This document shows, piece after piece, positions 20,533-31,817 of a stretch of 64,000 bases of DNA; within the stretch, counting starts at the first letter, position 1, and each line of letters opens with the position of its first letter. The translations under genes were made by a program, and so were the position numbers. Source of the stretch: an uncultured Actinomycetes bacterium (GTDB lineage Bacteria > Actinomycetota > Acidimicrobiia > IMCC26256 > DASPTH01); the NCBI GenBank assembly GCA_963815405.1, contig CAWFGR010000005.1, forward strand, positions 431,447 through 495,446, written 5' to 3'. The notes under the pieces were generated by a model. The model was given only the letters and a program-made list of their open reading frames with translations, was not told the DNA's origin and made no database searches.

Positions 20533-21243
20533 CTAGTCCCCCTCGCAGGTCACTCGTGCGAAGTGGCTGCCCGCACCCGCAGCGGGATGTACAACGGCGT
20601 CAGCGCTTGGGCATCCGGGGAGCAACGGGATCTCAGTCGACACGTTGCCGATTCTCATCTCGAGGGTTGCGTGCTCGCTAACAGTTCCCATAGCGACACC
20701 GTTCGCAACGGGCACCGAGTCGACCCGACCGTCCGCGAAGCGAAGCGCCACCGAGCCTTCTGCCCGCGGCAGTACGGCAACGAACTCGCCGCGTGTCTGA
20801 CTCTGACTCGTAAGCGCGACAACCAAGCCATGCTGCTCGATCTGATCGAGCGTCTCACAGGCTTGACCGTAGCCGTCTACCGAGTCGGGGACTGCGAGAC
20901 AGAAACGGCCTCCCTCGGCGGGCATCACGAAGCCAGCTCCCCACGGTGTTTGGATGCGGCGCGAATCCGAATACCGCGCGCCGAGGTTCGATAGGCGGGC
21001 GGTGGTCGACCGAATGTGGTGTGCGTCTACGACGGGACGCCCCAGCACCGGGAGAGCTGCTGCAGGCGCCGGCGACGAGCCGCTAGCCGCCAGGAGAGCG
21101 CCAAGCGCGATACCGCACACGACACCGAAGGCGGCGAGTGTCGTCGATCGTGATGGCAACGTTGAGCGATCCGCTGGTGAGACATGAGGGCGCTGCGAAG
21201 CCCGGGTCAGTTCGCGCTCCAGCCGGTCGATGTAGTTGTTCAT
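20533..21243 (-). CDS. single-pass membrane protein encoded directly downstream of the ECF sigma (possible non-canonical anti-sigma/partner)
   Basis: Intact 236-aa ORF whose ATG overlaps the sigma stop (ATGA at 21240-21243). A short cytoplasmic N-terminus precedes the TM segment 'LAAFGVVCGIALGALLAA' and an ectodomain with 'C-LAVPDSVDGYGQA-C-ETLD'. Codon usage is atypical. Confidence 0.6.
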   Translation of the reverse strand: MNNYIDRLERELTRASQRPHVSPADRSTLPSRSTTLAAFGVVCGIALGALLAASGSSPAPAAALPVLGRPVVDAHHIRSTTARLSNLGARYSDSRRIQTPWGAGFVMPAEGGRFCLAVPDSVDGYGQACETLDQIEQHGLVVALTSQSQTRGEFVAVLPRAEGSVALRFADGRVDSVPVANGVAMGTVSEHATLEMRIGNVSTEIPLLPGCPSADAVVHPAAGAGSHFARVTCEGD

Positions 21244-21797
21244 CGTTCCTCCTTTAGCAAGATCCGGAGTGTTGCGAGGGCTCGACTCACACGCTGGCGG
21301 GCTGCCTGCTCTGTCAGCCCTAGCCGTCGCGCAATTGACGAATATCGCTCTCCCTGCAGAACACGTGCTCGCACAGCCTCCGAATGCTCCACGCTCAACG
21401 CGGAGAGCGCACGAAGGGCTGCGCTGTCCTCCTGACGCCAGCGCTCGTATTCAGCGATGTCGTCGCGATCCGGGACTAGACGCTCCATTCCTAGCCGCCT
21501 GCACATCGATCCTTCCCTGGTCCAGCGACGCGCCTGGTCAGCGAGCTTGTGCCGCAGAATGCCCAACAGCCAGGCGCTGGGCACCCCACGCTCAGGTCCA
21601 TATGCGTATCGCGACACGAGCGCCGCCGCGAAGGTTTCCGCGGTAGCGTCGGCCGCGTCAGATGCGCTCACTCCTCTGCTCGCGCAATACCGCAGAGTCG
21701 TTTCGACGTTCCGCCGATAGAACGCGCTGAAGCTTTCGTCGGGCCGAGTGCGGTCTGCGAGCAACTCAGCATCGTCAAGGTGCTCGAGAGCTCTCAT
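21240..21797 (-). CDS. ECF-type sigma-70 family RNA polymerase sigma factor
   Basis: Region 2 is 'FSAFYRRNVETTLRYCASRG..AADATAETFAAALVSRYAY..AWLLGILRHKLADQARR'. Region 4 is 'LSVEHSEAVRARVLQGERYSSIARRLGLTEQAARQRVSRALATLR'. The start is taken at ATG 21797 (AGGA 7-10 nt upstream), although the ORF track extends to 21878. Confidence 0.85.
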   Translation of the reverse strand: MRALEHLDDAELLADRTRPDESFSAFYRRNVETTLRYCASRGVSASDAADATAETFAAALVSRYAYGPERGVPSAWLLGILRHKLADQARRWTREGSMCRRLGMERLVPDRDDIAEYERWRQEDSAALRALSALSVEHSEAVRARVLQGERYSSIARRLGLTEQAARQRVSRALATLRILLKEER

Positions 21798-22009
21798 GCT
21801 GGCTATTCGTCCTAAGTCCACGGAACGTGACAGACAACGTGAGCCACGAGACAAGTATATGGCGCACTTTGCACGCATTAGATACCCAGATTAGTCATTG
21901 ATTCTTGCTTATAAAAGAGCACGCAGGATCTAGTCGCGGCGCGCTAGCTGCTCAAGTTCACCGGGAGGCAGGTTCTCGCCCGGCGCGTCGTCAGAAAGGG
22001 GCTCGAACG

Positions 22010-22390
22010 ATGTGCGCCCGACGCGGTCCGGCTCAGGGAGTAGTAAGGCGCCGAGTCGTCAATCTGTTCGTTGCGCTCGCGCTGGCCGCAGTTCCGAGCG
22101 GAATTGCGGAGAGTTTTGCCAGCGCGTCCATCGACTACTACTTCTCCGGAGGGGTGATCTACGACAACACGGGCGTGATCGACACCTATGGCCATTACCT
22201 CACGTTGAGTTACGTTCATTACCTAGGTACGGGCAACCGCTGGCCGGGCGCGGGCGCGTACAACTACGCCAACTTCGTTTGGGGCTACAACGAGGTTTCA
22301 CATCCCTACGGCGGCAGCAATTACCTCTATGCGGAGGCGTGGAACGCGAGTGGCCACGACGTCACGGCGAACGCGCATGCGGACTACTGA
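22010..22390 (+). CDS. small secreted Tyr/Gly/Asn-rich protein of unknown function
   Basis: ATG at 22010 has 'GAAAGGGG' just upstream. The signal-like N-terminus is 'MCARRGPAQGVVRRRVVNLFVALALAAVPSGIAESFA/SA'. The mature ~89 aa contain 14 Tyr, no Cys and no Lys (hand count). The frame is intact and hand-counted G+C is about 55%. Confidence 0.6.
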   Translation: MCARRGPAQGVVRRRVVNLFVALALAAVPSGIAESFASASIDYYFSGGVIYDNTGVIDTYGHYLTLSYVHYLGTGNRWPGAGAYNYANFVWGYNEVSHPYGGSNYLYAEAWNASGHDVTANAHADY

Positions 22391-22400
22391 GGACGAACCG

Positions 22401-23096
22401 ATGACCAAGAACGCCATTAAGAGACCCAACCGATTTCTGAGAAGGCCACGCCTTGTGGGGTTGTGCGCGACGACCGTCATCGTGGCGTCGATCACCGCCG
22501 CCATGGCCGTCGCGTCTTCCGGATCGACCCTCGCGCCAAAGGGTGTCGTGGTCGCCCCGATGAGTCATGATGTCGCAGCTTCCGTCGCGGCCTTCCGGAC
22601 GCCGCTGGCCGACCAGCCGGACGGGGTCGTGCAGGGCCGCCTGCGCGACGCGTTTCGATCCGCCCCAAGCGAGATCGCTGAGGGCCACGTCGACTTTGAT
22701 CTAGCTCGCCCTAGCCCCGTCGCTGGAGGTGGCGGACGGGTCTGGATCGCACCTGCAGGCAATGAGATCTGTACGTTCATCCCAGATCCGACCGACGGTG
22801 TCGGCGCGTCATGCGCTCCGCTCGATGCCGTGAGGGCCGGTCGCGCGATTACCGTGCTCGGTGGAAGGCCGGGCAGTCCTGCCGATGACGTTATCGTGGC
22901 CGTGGTCGTCACGGACGACGCTGCGCCGCCCACCCTTGTCGAGCCCGATGGACACACGGTTTCGATGACCGTTCGCGGGAACGTGGCAGCTGTCCGGGCC
23001 TCGCGAGCATCGAAGATCTCTACTTCGGCGGGGGTACTCGATCTCGCAGTGTTGGGTCGCTACGACGCGGACCCGGCGATGGTTGGCGGAAACTAG
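22401..23096 (+). CDS. membrane-anchored/exported protein, paralogous ectodomain to 20533..21243
   Basis: ATG at 22401 has a 'GAGGACGA' RBS. The N-terminus 'MTKNAIKRPNRFLRRPRLVGLCATTVIVASITAAMAVA' is a signal or anchor. The ectodomain contains 'C-TFIPDPTDGVGAS-C-APLD'. The frame is intact. Confidence 0.6.
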   Translation: MTKNAIKRPNRFLRRPRLVGLCATTVIVASITAAMAVASSGSTLAPKGVVVAPMSHDVAASVAAFRTPLADQPDGVVQGRLRDAFRSAPSEIAEGHVDFDLARPSPVAGGGGRVWIAPAGNEICTFIPDPTDGVGASCAPLDAVRAGRAITVLGGRPGSPADDVIVAVVVTDDAAPPTLVEPDGHTVSMTVRGNVAAVRASRASKISTSAGVLDLAVLGRYDADPAMVGGN

Positions 23097-23109
23097 AAGC
23101 GACCGTTGG

Positions 23110-23142
23110 GGGGTGGGCTGCACCTACCTGGCTGCCCACCCC
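23110..23142. terminator. hairpin between convergent genes (bidirectional terminator candidate)
   Basis: GGGGTGGGC-N15-GCCCACCCC (9-bp stem) lies between the stop at 23096 (+) and the stop at 23166 (-). Confidence 0.45.
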
Positions 23143-23165
23143 TGCTCGTATCGGCAAAGGGTGGC

Positions 23166-23615
23166 TCAGAGCCGCCAGCCGAACGAGTACGACTTGGCGC
23201 TCGCGCCCTCGCGGTCGTAGAAGCGATGCGCGTCCGTGCGCGCGAGGCCGGAGTCGAGCTCGAGGTGCGAGGCCCCGTGGTCGCGTGCCCAGTCCTTGGC
23301 GGTGTCGAGCAGGCGCTTGCCGACGCCCTTCGAGCGCCAGTCGGGGTGCACGGCCAGGTCCTCGACCCACGCGCGCTGGCCGAAGCGGACCGAGTCGATG
23401 TCGCGGTAGACGGTGCAGAGGCCGACGAGCCGGCCCTCGTCCTCGGCGACGAACGCGGTCGAGGTCTCCGAGGCGATGACGCGGCCCAGGGTCGCGGCGG
23501 CGCGCTCGGGATCCCAGTCCTCGGGCCTGGAGCCCGGCGGGGCGAACAGCCACTCGTAGGTCTCGGCGACCTCGGCGACCTCGTCGGTGCGGGCGGGCCT
23601 GACCTCGGCGCTCAC
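23166..23615 (-). CDS. GNAT family N-acetyltransferase
   Basis: Intact 149-aa ORF: 'LVGLCTVYRDIDSVRFGQRAWVEDLAVHPDWRSKGVGKRLLDTAKDWARDHGASHLELDS..RFYDREG'. Confidence 0.85.
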   Translation of the reverse strand: MSAEVRPARTDEVAEVAETYEWLFAPPGSRPEDWDPERAAATLGRVIASETSTAFVAEDEGRLVGLCTVYRDIDSVRFGQRAWVEDLAVHPDWRSKGVGKRLLDTAKDWARDHGASHLELDSGLARTDAHRFYDREGASAKSYSFGWRL

Positions 23616-26600
23616 GCGACCGGCGCGTCGACGTCGGCGCGCTTGCCCTTGCGCCGGCGGGGGTCGGCGATGATCTCGTCGGGCGCCTTCTCCTTGGGGA
23701 TGAAGCCGCTCTTCATGCCGAAGTAGGTGGCCTGCGGGTGGTGGGCGATGATCGCCAGCGTCGACTGCTCGGGCTCGACGGCGAAGCCGCCCGACAGGCG
23801 CAGGCCGATCGAGGGCGCGTCCAGCAGCGAGAAGACCTTGGTGTGCTCGGACTGGTCCGGGCAGGCGGGGTAGCCCCAGGAGTAGCGCCGGCCCTGGTCG
23901 AGGTCGATCCCGAGGCCTTGCGGACCTCCGCGTGCAGGTACTCGGCCATGCCCTCGGCGGTCTGCACGCCCAGCCCGTGGACGAAGAGCTGCTCGGAGAA
24001 CTCGCCGTCGGTCTCCAGGCGCGCCATCAGCTCGGTGACCTCGTCGCCGACGGTGACGGCCTGAAGCGCGACGACGTCGCGCTCGCCGGAGTCGACGGGG
24101 CGGTAGAAGTCGGCCAGGCAGATGCGGTCGTGGCGCGGCTGGCGCGGGAAGACCAGGCGCTCGATCTCGCGCTCGGGGTCGTCGGGGTCGTAGACGATCA
24201 GCTCGTTGCCGTCGGAGTTGCAGGGCCAGTAGCCGAGCACGCGCGCGCGGGTGCAGGTAGTCCTGCTCGCGCCACATGCGCTCCAGGCGCGGCTCGAAGT
24301 CCTCGCGCAGCAGCTTCTCCCACTCCTCGCCCTTCACGCCGCGCCCGCCCCAGTGGAGCTTGAAGAGCACGTGCAGGTCGAGATGGGGGAAGACGTCGTC
24401 GAGGTCGATGTCGACCTCGCGCGCGCCCCAGCCACGGCGCGGTCGGGATCGCCACGTCGGTGCGGGCGGCGCGAGCGCACGGAGTCGTCCGTGGTCGGCG
24501 GGCCGTCGTCGACGACCTCGACCTTCTCGCGCAGGGTCAGGGCCTCGGCGCGGGTCTTCTCGACGAGCGCCGCGCGGGTCTTGGGGTCGACGAGCTGGTC
24601 GATCACGGACAGGCCCTGGAAGGCGTCCTTGCAGTAGAAGACGCCGGGCTCGTAGACCTCGTCGGACTCCTTGCCCTTGGGGTAGAGGATGCGCCGGCCG
24701 AAGTCGCGGTTGATCGCCGCGCCGCCGACGAGCACGGGGAACTCGAGCTTTCGCTCGTGCAGCTCCCCGACGCACAGCGGCATCTGCTTGGAGGTCGACA
24801 CGAGCAGCGCGCGAGAGGCCGATCGCGGTGGCGTCGTGCTCGACGGCCGCGTCGATGATCGTGCCGATCGGGACCTGCTTGCCGAGGTCGACGACCGTGT
24901 AGCCGTTGTTGGTGAGGATCGTGTTGACCAGCGACTTGCCGATGTCGTGCACGTCGCCGAAGACGGTCGCCACCACGACGGTGCCCTTGGTGTAGCCCTC
25001 GATCTTGTCGAGGTAGTTCTCGAGCTGGGCGACGGCGCGCTTCATCACCTCGGCGCGACTGGAGCACGAAGGGCAGGATCAGCTCGCCGGCGCCGAACTT
25101 GTCGCCGACCTCCTTCATCGCCGGCAGCAGCACCGTGTTGAGCGTCGGGACCGCGCCGATCTTCTCGTTGCAGCGGTCGATCCAGTCCTCCACGCCCTCC
25201 TTCTTGCGGCGCAGGATGTGCCAGTGCAGCGCCTCCTCGGGCTCCATGTCGGCGGTCGGGTCGGCGGCCTCCTCGGCCTCCTCGGGGCCCTTGGACTCGA
25301 AGTGGCCGATGAAGCGCTCCAGCGCGTCCTCGCGGCGGTTGAAGACCAGGTCGTCGGCCAGCTCGCGCTCGAGGTCGACGATCTCGCCGTAGGGCGTGAT
25401 GTGGTTGGGGTTGACCATCGCGAGGTCCAGGCCGGCCTCGACGCAGTGGTGCAGGAAGACGGAGTTCAGGACCGCGCGCGCGGGCGGGGAGACGCCGAAG
25501 GAGACGTTGGAGACGCCCAGCGAGGTCTTCACGCCGGGCAGCGCCGCCTTGATCGCGCTGATGCCCTTGATCGTCTCGACGGCGCTCGGCTTCCACTCGT
25601 CGTCGCCGGTCGTCAGCGTGAAGGTCAGGCAGTCGAAGATCAGGACCTCGGGGTCGAGGCCGTGCTCGCCGCAGGCGATGTCGTGGATGCGCTGGGCGAT
25701 CTCGACCTTGCGCTCGGCCGTCTTGGCCATCCCGACCTCGTCGATGGTCAGCGCGATCAGCGCGGCGCCGTGCTCGAGGGCGATCGGCACGACCTTGTCG
25801 ATCTTGTCGCGCCCGGCCTCGAGGTTGACCGAGTTGACGATCGCGCGGCCCGGGATCTGGTCGAGCGCCGTGGCGATGACGTCGGGCTCGGTCGAGTCGA
25901 TCTGGATCGGCGCGGGCTGGGTGAGGGAGACGCGCTTGGCCACGAGGCGCATCTGCTCGTCCTCGTCCTGGCGCTCGGTGAGCGCGACGCAGAGGTCGAG
26001 CACGTGCGCGCCGCCCTCGACCTGGTCCTCGGCGACCTGGAGGATGCCGTCGTAGTCGTCGGCGAGCAGCAGCTCCTTGGCCTTGCGCGAGCCCTGCGAG
26101 TTCACGCGCTCGCCGACCAGCGTCGGGCGCGGGCTCCTGGGCCAGCAGCGTGGCGCCGATCATCGAGGAGACGTGGGGCGGGCGCGGCGCGGGGCGCTCA
26201 TTGATGTCATGGCCGGCGCAGCGCTCGTGGATCGCGGCGATGTGGGCGGGCGTGGTGCCGCAGCAGCCGCCGACGATCGAGACGCCGTAGCGCTCGACGA
26301 ACTCGCCGAGCGAGTTGGCCAGCGGCTCGGGCTCCTCGGGGAAGATCGTCTCGCCGTTGGGCCCCTGGAGCGGGAGCCCGGCGTTGGGGATGCAGTGCAC
26401 CGGGACCGGGGAGAATTCTCCGAGGAAGCGGATCGCGTCGCGCATGTCCTCGGGGCCGGTCGAGCAGTTCAGGCCGATGACGTCGACCTTCAGCGCCTCC
26501 AGCGTCGCGAGCGCGGCGGAGATGTCGGTGCCCAGGAGCATCTTGCCGCCGTTGGGCAGCAGCGAGACCGAGGTCTGGATCGGGCAGCGTCCGGCCCGTC

Positions 26601-27145
26601 TCCTTGAAGGCCTCGCGCGCGCCGAAGACGGCGGCCTTGACCTCGAGGATGTCCTGGGCCGTCTCGATGATGATGAGGTCGACGCCGCCGTCGATCAGGC
26701 CGCGCGCCTGCTCGGCGAAGACCGCCACCAGCTCGCGGAAGCGGATGGTGCCCAGCGTGGGGTCGTCGGATGCGGGGAGGTGCCCGGTCGGGCCGATGGA
26801 GCCGGCGACGAAGCGGTCCTCGCCGGCCGCCCTGCGGGCGATCTCGGCGGCCTTGCGGTTGATCTCGAGCGTGTGCTCGCCCAGGCCCCACTCGTCGAGC
26901 TTGATGCGCGACGCCTGGAAGCTGTCGGTCTGCAGGACCTCGGCGCCGGCCTCGATGAAGGAGGCGTGCACGCCCTCGATGACGTCGGGGCGGTTGAGCA
27001 CGAGGACCTCGTGGCACTTGCCGGGCAGCCCGCCGTAGTCCTCCGCGGTGAGGTCGAACTGCTCGAGCGTGGCGCCCATGCCGCCGTCGAAGATGACGAC
27101 GCGATCCCGGATGGCCTGGCGAAAGTCGCGCATCAGATCAGCCAT
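23612..27145 (-). pseudogene. metH: cobalamin-dependent methionine synthase, about 7-8 frameshifts
   Basis: All domains are present in order but spread over the frames of several ORFs. ORF 26207..27145 holds the Hcy-binding domain. ORF 25045..26541 holds 'GLNCSTGPEDM..VGGCCGTTPAHI'. ORF 24603..26105 holds the pterin-binding domain and B12 cap. ORF 23612..25048 holds 'VVATVFGDVHDIGKSLVNTILTNNGYTVVDLG'. ORFs 24334..24801 and 23713..24240 hold the AdoMet-activation domain. Confidence 0.9.
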
Positions 27146-27203
27146 GCTAACAAGGATTCGGCAAACCTTGACATAAGCCTGGCAATGTTTGGGAGGGCCC
27201 AGA

Positions 27204-27818
27204 ATGAGCGGGATCGAGCGCGAGATGCGCGCCTACTACGACCTTCGCGCGCATGAATACGACGAGTGGTATGAGGGAACGGGGAAGTTCGCCACGCGCG
27301 AGCGCCCGGACTGGCGGGCGGAGGTCGATCGAGTGATCGACGTGCTGGCGGGACTCGCGCCCGCGCGTGTGCTCGACGTCGCCTGCGGCACGGGCTTCCT
27401 GACCCGGCACCTGCGGGGCGAGATCACCGCCCTGGACCAGAGCCCGACGATGATCGAGGTCGCGTCGGTGCGCCTACCCACCGCGACCATGGTGGTCGGC
27501 GACGCGCTCGCGCTGCCCTTCCCCGATCGCGCGTTCGACCGCGTGGTCACCGGGCACTACTACGGGCACCTGAACGAGGTCGACCGTGCGCGCTTCCTTC
27601 GCGAGGCGCGCCGCGTCGCGCGCGAGCTGGTGGTCGTCGACTCGGCGCTGCGCGACGAGGTCGAGCCCGAGGAGTGGCAGGAGCGCGTGCTCAACGACGG
27701 CTCGCGCCACACGGTCTACAAGCGCTTCTTCACCCCGGAGGGCCTCGCCGCGGAGCTCGGCGGCGGCGAGGTGCTGCACGCCGGGCGCTGGTTCGTGGTG
27801 GTGCGTTCGCGCCCCTGA
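27204..27818 (+). CDS. class I SAM-dependent methyltransferase
   Basis: Intact ORF with 'RVLDVACGTGFLTRHLRGEITALDQSPTMIEVA..VVGDALALPFPDRAFDRVV'. The start is ATG 27204 or 27189. Confidence 0.8.
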   Translation: MSGIEREMRAYYDLRAHEYDEWYEGTGKFATRERPDWRAEVDRVIDVLAGLAPARVLDVACGTGFLTRHLRGEITALDQSPTMIEVASVRLPTATMVVGDALALPFPDRAFDRVVTGHYYGHLNEVDRARFLREARRVARELVVVDSALRDEVEPEEWQERVLNDGSRHTVYKRFFTPEGLAAELGGGEVLHAGRWFVVVRSRP

Positions 27819-27833
27819 GCCTCAGGAAGCGCA

Positions 27834-27858
27834 AAGGGCGGCCCGGCGGGCCGCCCTT
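27834..27858. terminator. strong hairpin between convergent genes (bidirectional terminator candidate)
   Basis: AAGGGCGGCCC-GGC-GGGCCGCCCTT is a perfect 11-bp stem. It lies between the methyltransferase stop (27818) and the GS-III stop (27879), and a pyrimidine/T-containing tract follows on the + strand. Confidence 0.6.
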
Positions 27859-27878
27859 CCCGCTTCTGCTTCCGCTTC

Positions 27879-30056
<2,178 letters not shown>

Positions 30057-30187
30057 GGGTACTGGTTTCCTCCTGAAGATCTCGGGGCGCGCGATGACAC
30101 ACGCACGCAAACACGCGCGAGCGTGTGGAACGGCAGCGTACGTCGAATCGCCCGGAGGCGGTCTGTACGCGTGTCTAAAGATCCGCA

Positions 30188-30214
30188 CGTTCCTTTCGCC
30201 CGGCGGTCGGAACG
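30188..30214. promoter_or_regulatory. inverted repeat CGTTCC-N15-GGAACG in the divergent glnN/amt control region (candidate regulator site)
   Basis: CGTTCC is at 30188-30193 and GGAACG at 30209-30214. A third GGAACG sits at 30127-30132, and the palindrome ACACGC-GCGA-GCGTGT at 30111-30126. Confidence 0.3.
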
Positions 30215-30346
30215 CCCGCAGACCCGCTTGGACCGGGTGTCCGACCGAGTGGCGAATCGGCGGGGGTGATCTTTCGACAGGAGTCCAAAGACCATCCGAG
30301 GCCTCTCGCCCAGACTCGCGATCGTGCATCCGAACGAGGAGGACGT

Positions 30347-31817
30347 ATGAGAGGCAGCAAGCTGGTCCGGGCGCTTCCCCTTGCGCTCGTGGCCATGTTG
30401 GTCATGCCGGCTGCGGCAATGGCCGACACATTCGACGCCGCAGGGAAGGGACTCCCCGACTCCGTCGGAATCAACTCGATCTGGGTCATCCTGGCCGCCT
30501 GCCTGGTCATGTTCATGCAGGCGGGCTTCGCGTTCCTGGAGATCGGCTTCTCGCGTGGAAAGAACGCGGGAACGGTGGTCGCGAAGATCCTGACGAACTT
30601 CTCGATCGCCGCCATCATGTACTGGGCGGTGGGCTTCGCCTTCGCGTTCGGGGCCGGGGACCTCATCGGTCATACCGGCTTCTTCCTGCGCGACTTCGGC
30701 GATCCGCAGTCGGCCTTCCCCATCATGGGGGCGTCGGACGCGACCATCGAGTCGAAGTGGTTCTTCCAGTTCGTCTTCTGTGCCGTGTCGCTGGCCATCG
30801 TCTGGGGGACGACGCTCGAGCGCATCAAGTTCGGCGTCTACGTCATCTACGCGGTCGTCTTCTCGGCCGTGATCTACCCGATCGCCTCGCACTGGGTGTT
30901 CGGCGGCGGCTGGCTGCAGGTCAACGTCGGCATGCAGGACTTCGCCGGCTCGACGGCGGTCCACCTGATCGGCGCCACCGGCGCGTTCGCGGCCTTGCTC
31001 CTGCTCGGCCCGCGGCGCGGCAAGTACGGCCCTGACGGCAAGCCCCGGGCAATCCCTGGGCACAACATGCCGCTCTTCGGCCTCGGCGTCCTGATCCTGT
31101 GGCTGGGCTGGTTCGGGTTCAACCCCGGATCCACGCTCAACGCGCTGGACGGCCGCTTCACCGAGGTCGTGCTCGTCACCCAGCTCGCGGCCTGCGCCGG
31201 CGTCCTCGGCGCCATCGCGACCGCCTACTGGAGGACGAAGGCAATCGACATCGGCATGGCGGGCAACGGCGCGATCGCGGCGCTGGTCGCCATCACCGCC
31301 CCCTCGGGTTACGTGGTCCCCTGGGCCGCGATCCCGATCGGCGCGGTGGCCGGCGTCATCGTCGTGCTCGGCGTCTACGCCATCGACAAGTACATCGACG
31401 ATCCCGTGGGAGCGCTCTCGGCGCACGGCCTGGCCGGCATCTGGGGCACGCTCTCGTGCGGCATCTTCACGAATCCCGATCTCGCGAAGTTCAACGGGGT
31501 CGGCGATCCGGGAGGCGGCCTCGTGTACTCGAAGTCCTTCACGCAGCTCGGCCATCAGGCGCTGGGCGTCGTGACGGTGTTCGCGTTCGTGTTCGTCCTG
31601 AGCTACGATCACCTTCTGGGCGATCAAGCACACCTACGGCATGCGGGTGAGCGCGGAGGAAGAGGACGCGGGCCTGGACATCTCCGAGCACGGGATGTAC
31701 GGCTACCCCGAGCAGTTCATTCCGGCGCCTGAGCTCATCGGCTACTCGCCGGCGGCTCGGCCGGTCGGAGCATCGGCCTCGGCGCCCGTTTCGACCACCT
31801 CGGAGGTGCCCGCATGA
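30347..31817 (+). pseudogene. amt: ammonium transporter Amt (single frameshift ~31605 near the 3' end)
   Basis: ATG at 30347 follows GAGGAGGA. The reading includes 'INSIWVILAACLVMFMQAGFAFLEIG..', 'FAGSTAVHLIGATGAFAALLLLGPRRG', 'LGWFGFNPGS' and 'DDPVGALSAHGLAGIWGTL'. After '..FVFVLSY' the sense continues in another frame as 'TFWAIKHTYGMRVSAEEEDAGLDISEHGMYGYPE..', ending at a TGA that overlaps the glnB ATG. Confidence 0.9.

Noticed and set aside
21798-22009. ECF-type promoter motifs (GGAAC at 21822-21826 on the plus strand; GAAC..CGAC on the minus strand) in the divergent spacer of the island.
   Set aside because: No -35/-10 pair with the expected 16-18 nt spacing and a convincing CGT/GTT -10 could be aligned on either strand. 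I have not called a promoter.
20400-23150. The low-GC island as a prophage, IS element or integrative element.
   Set aside because: There is no integrase, transposase or recombinase, no flanking direct or inverted repeats that I could find, and no adjacent tRNA. It is kept only as a compositionally foreign gene island.
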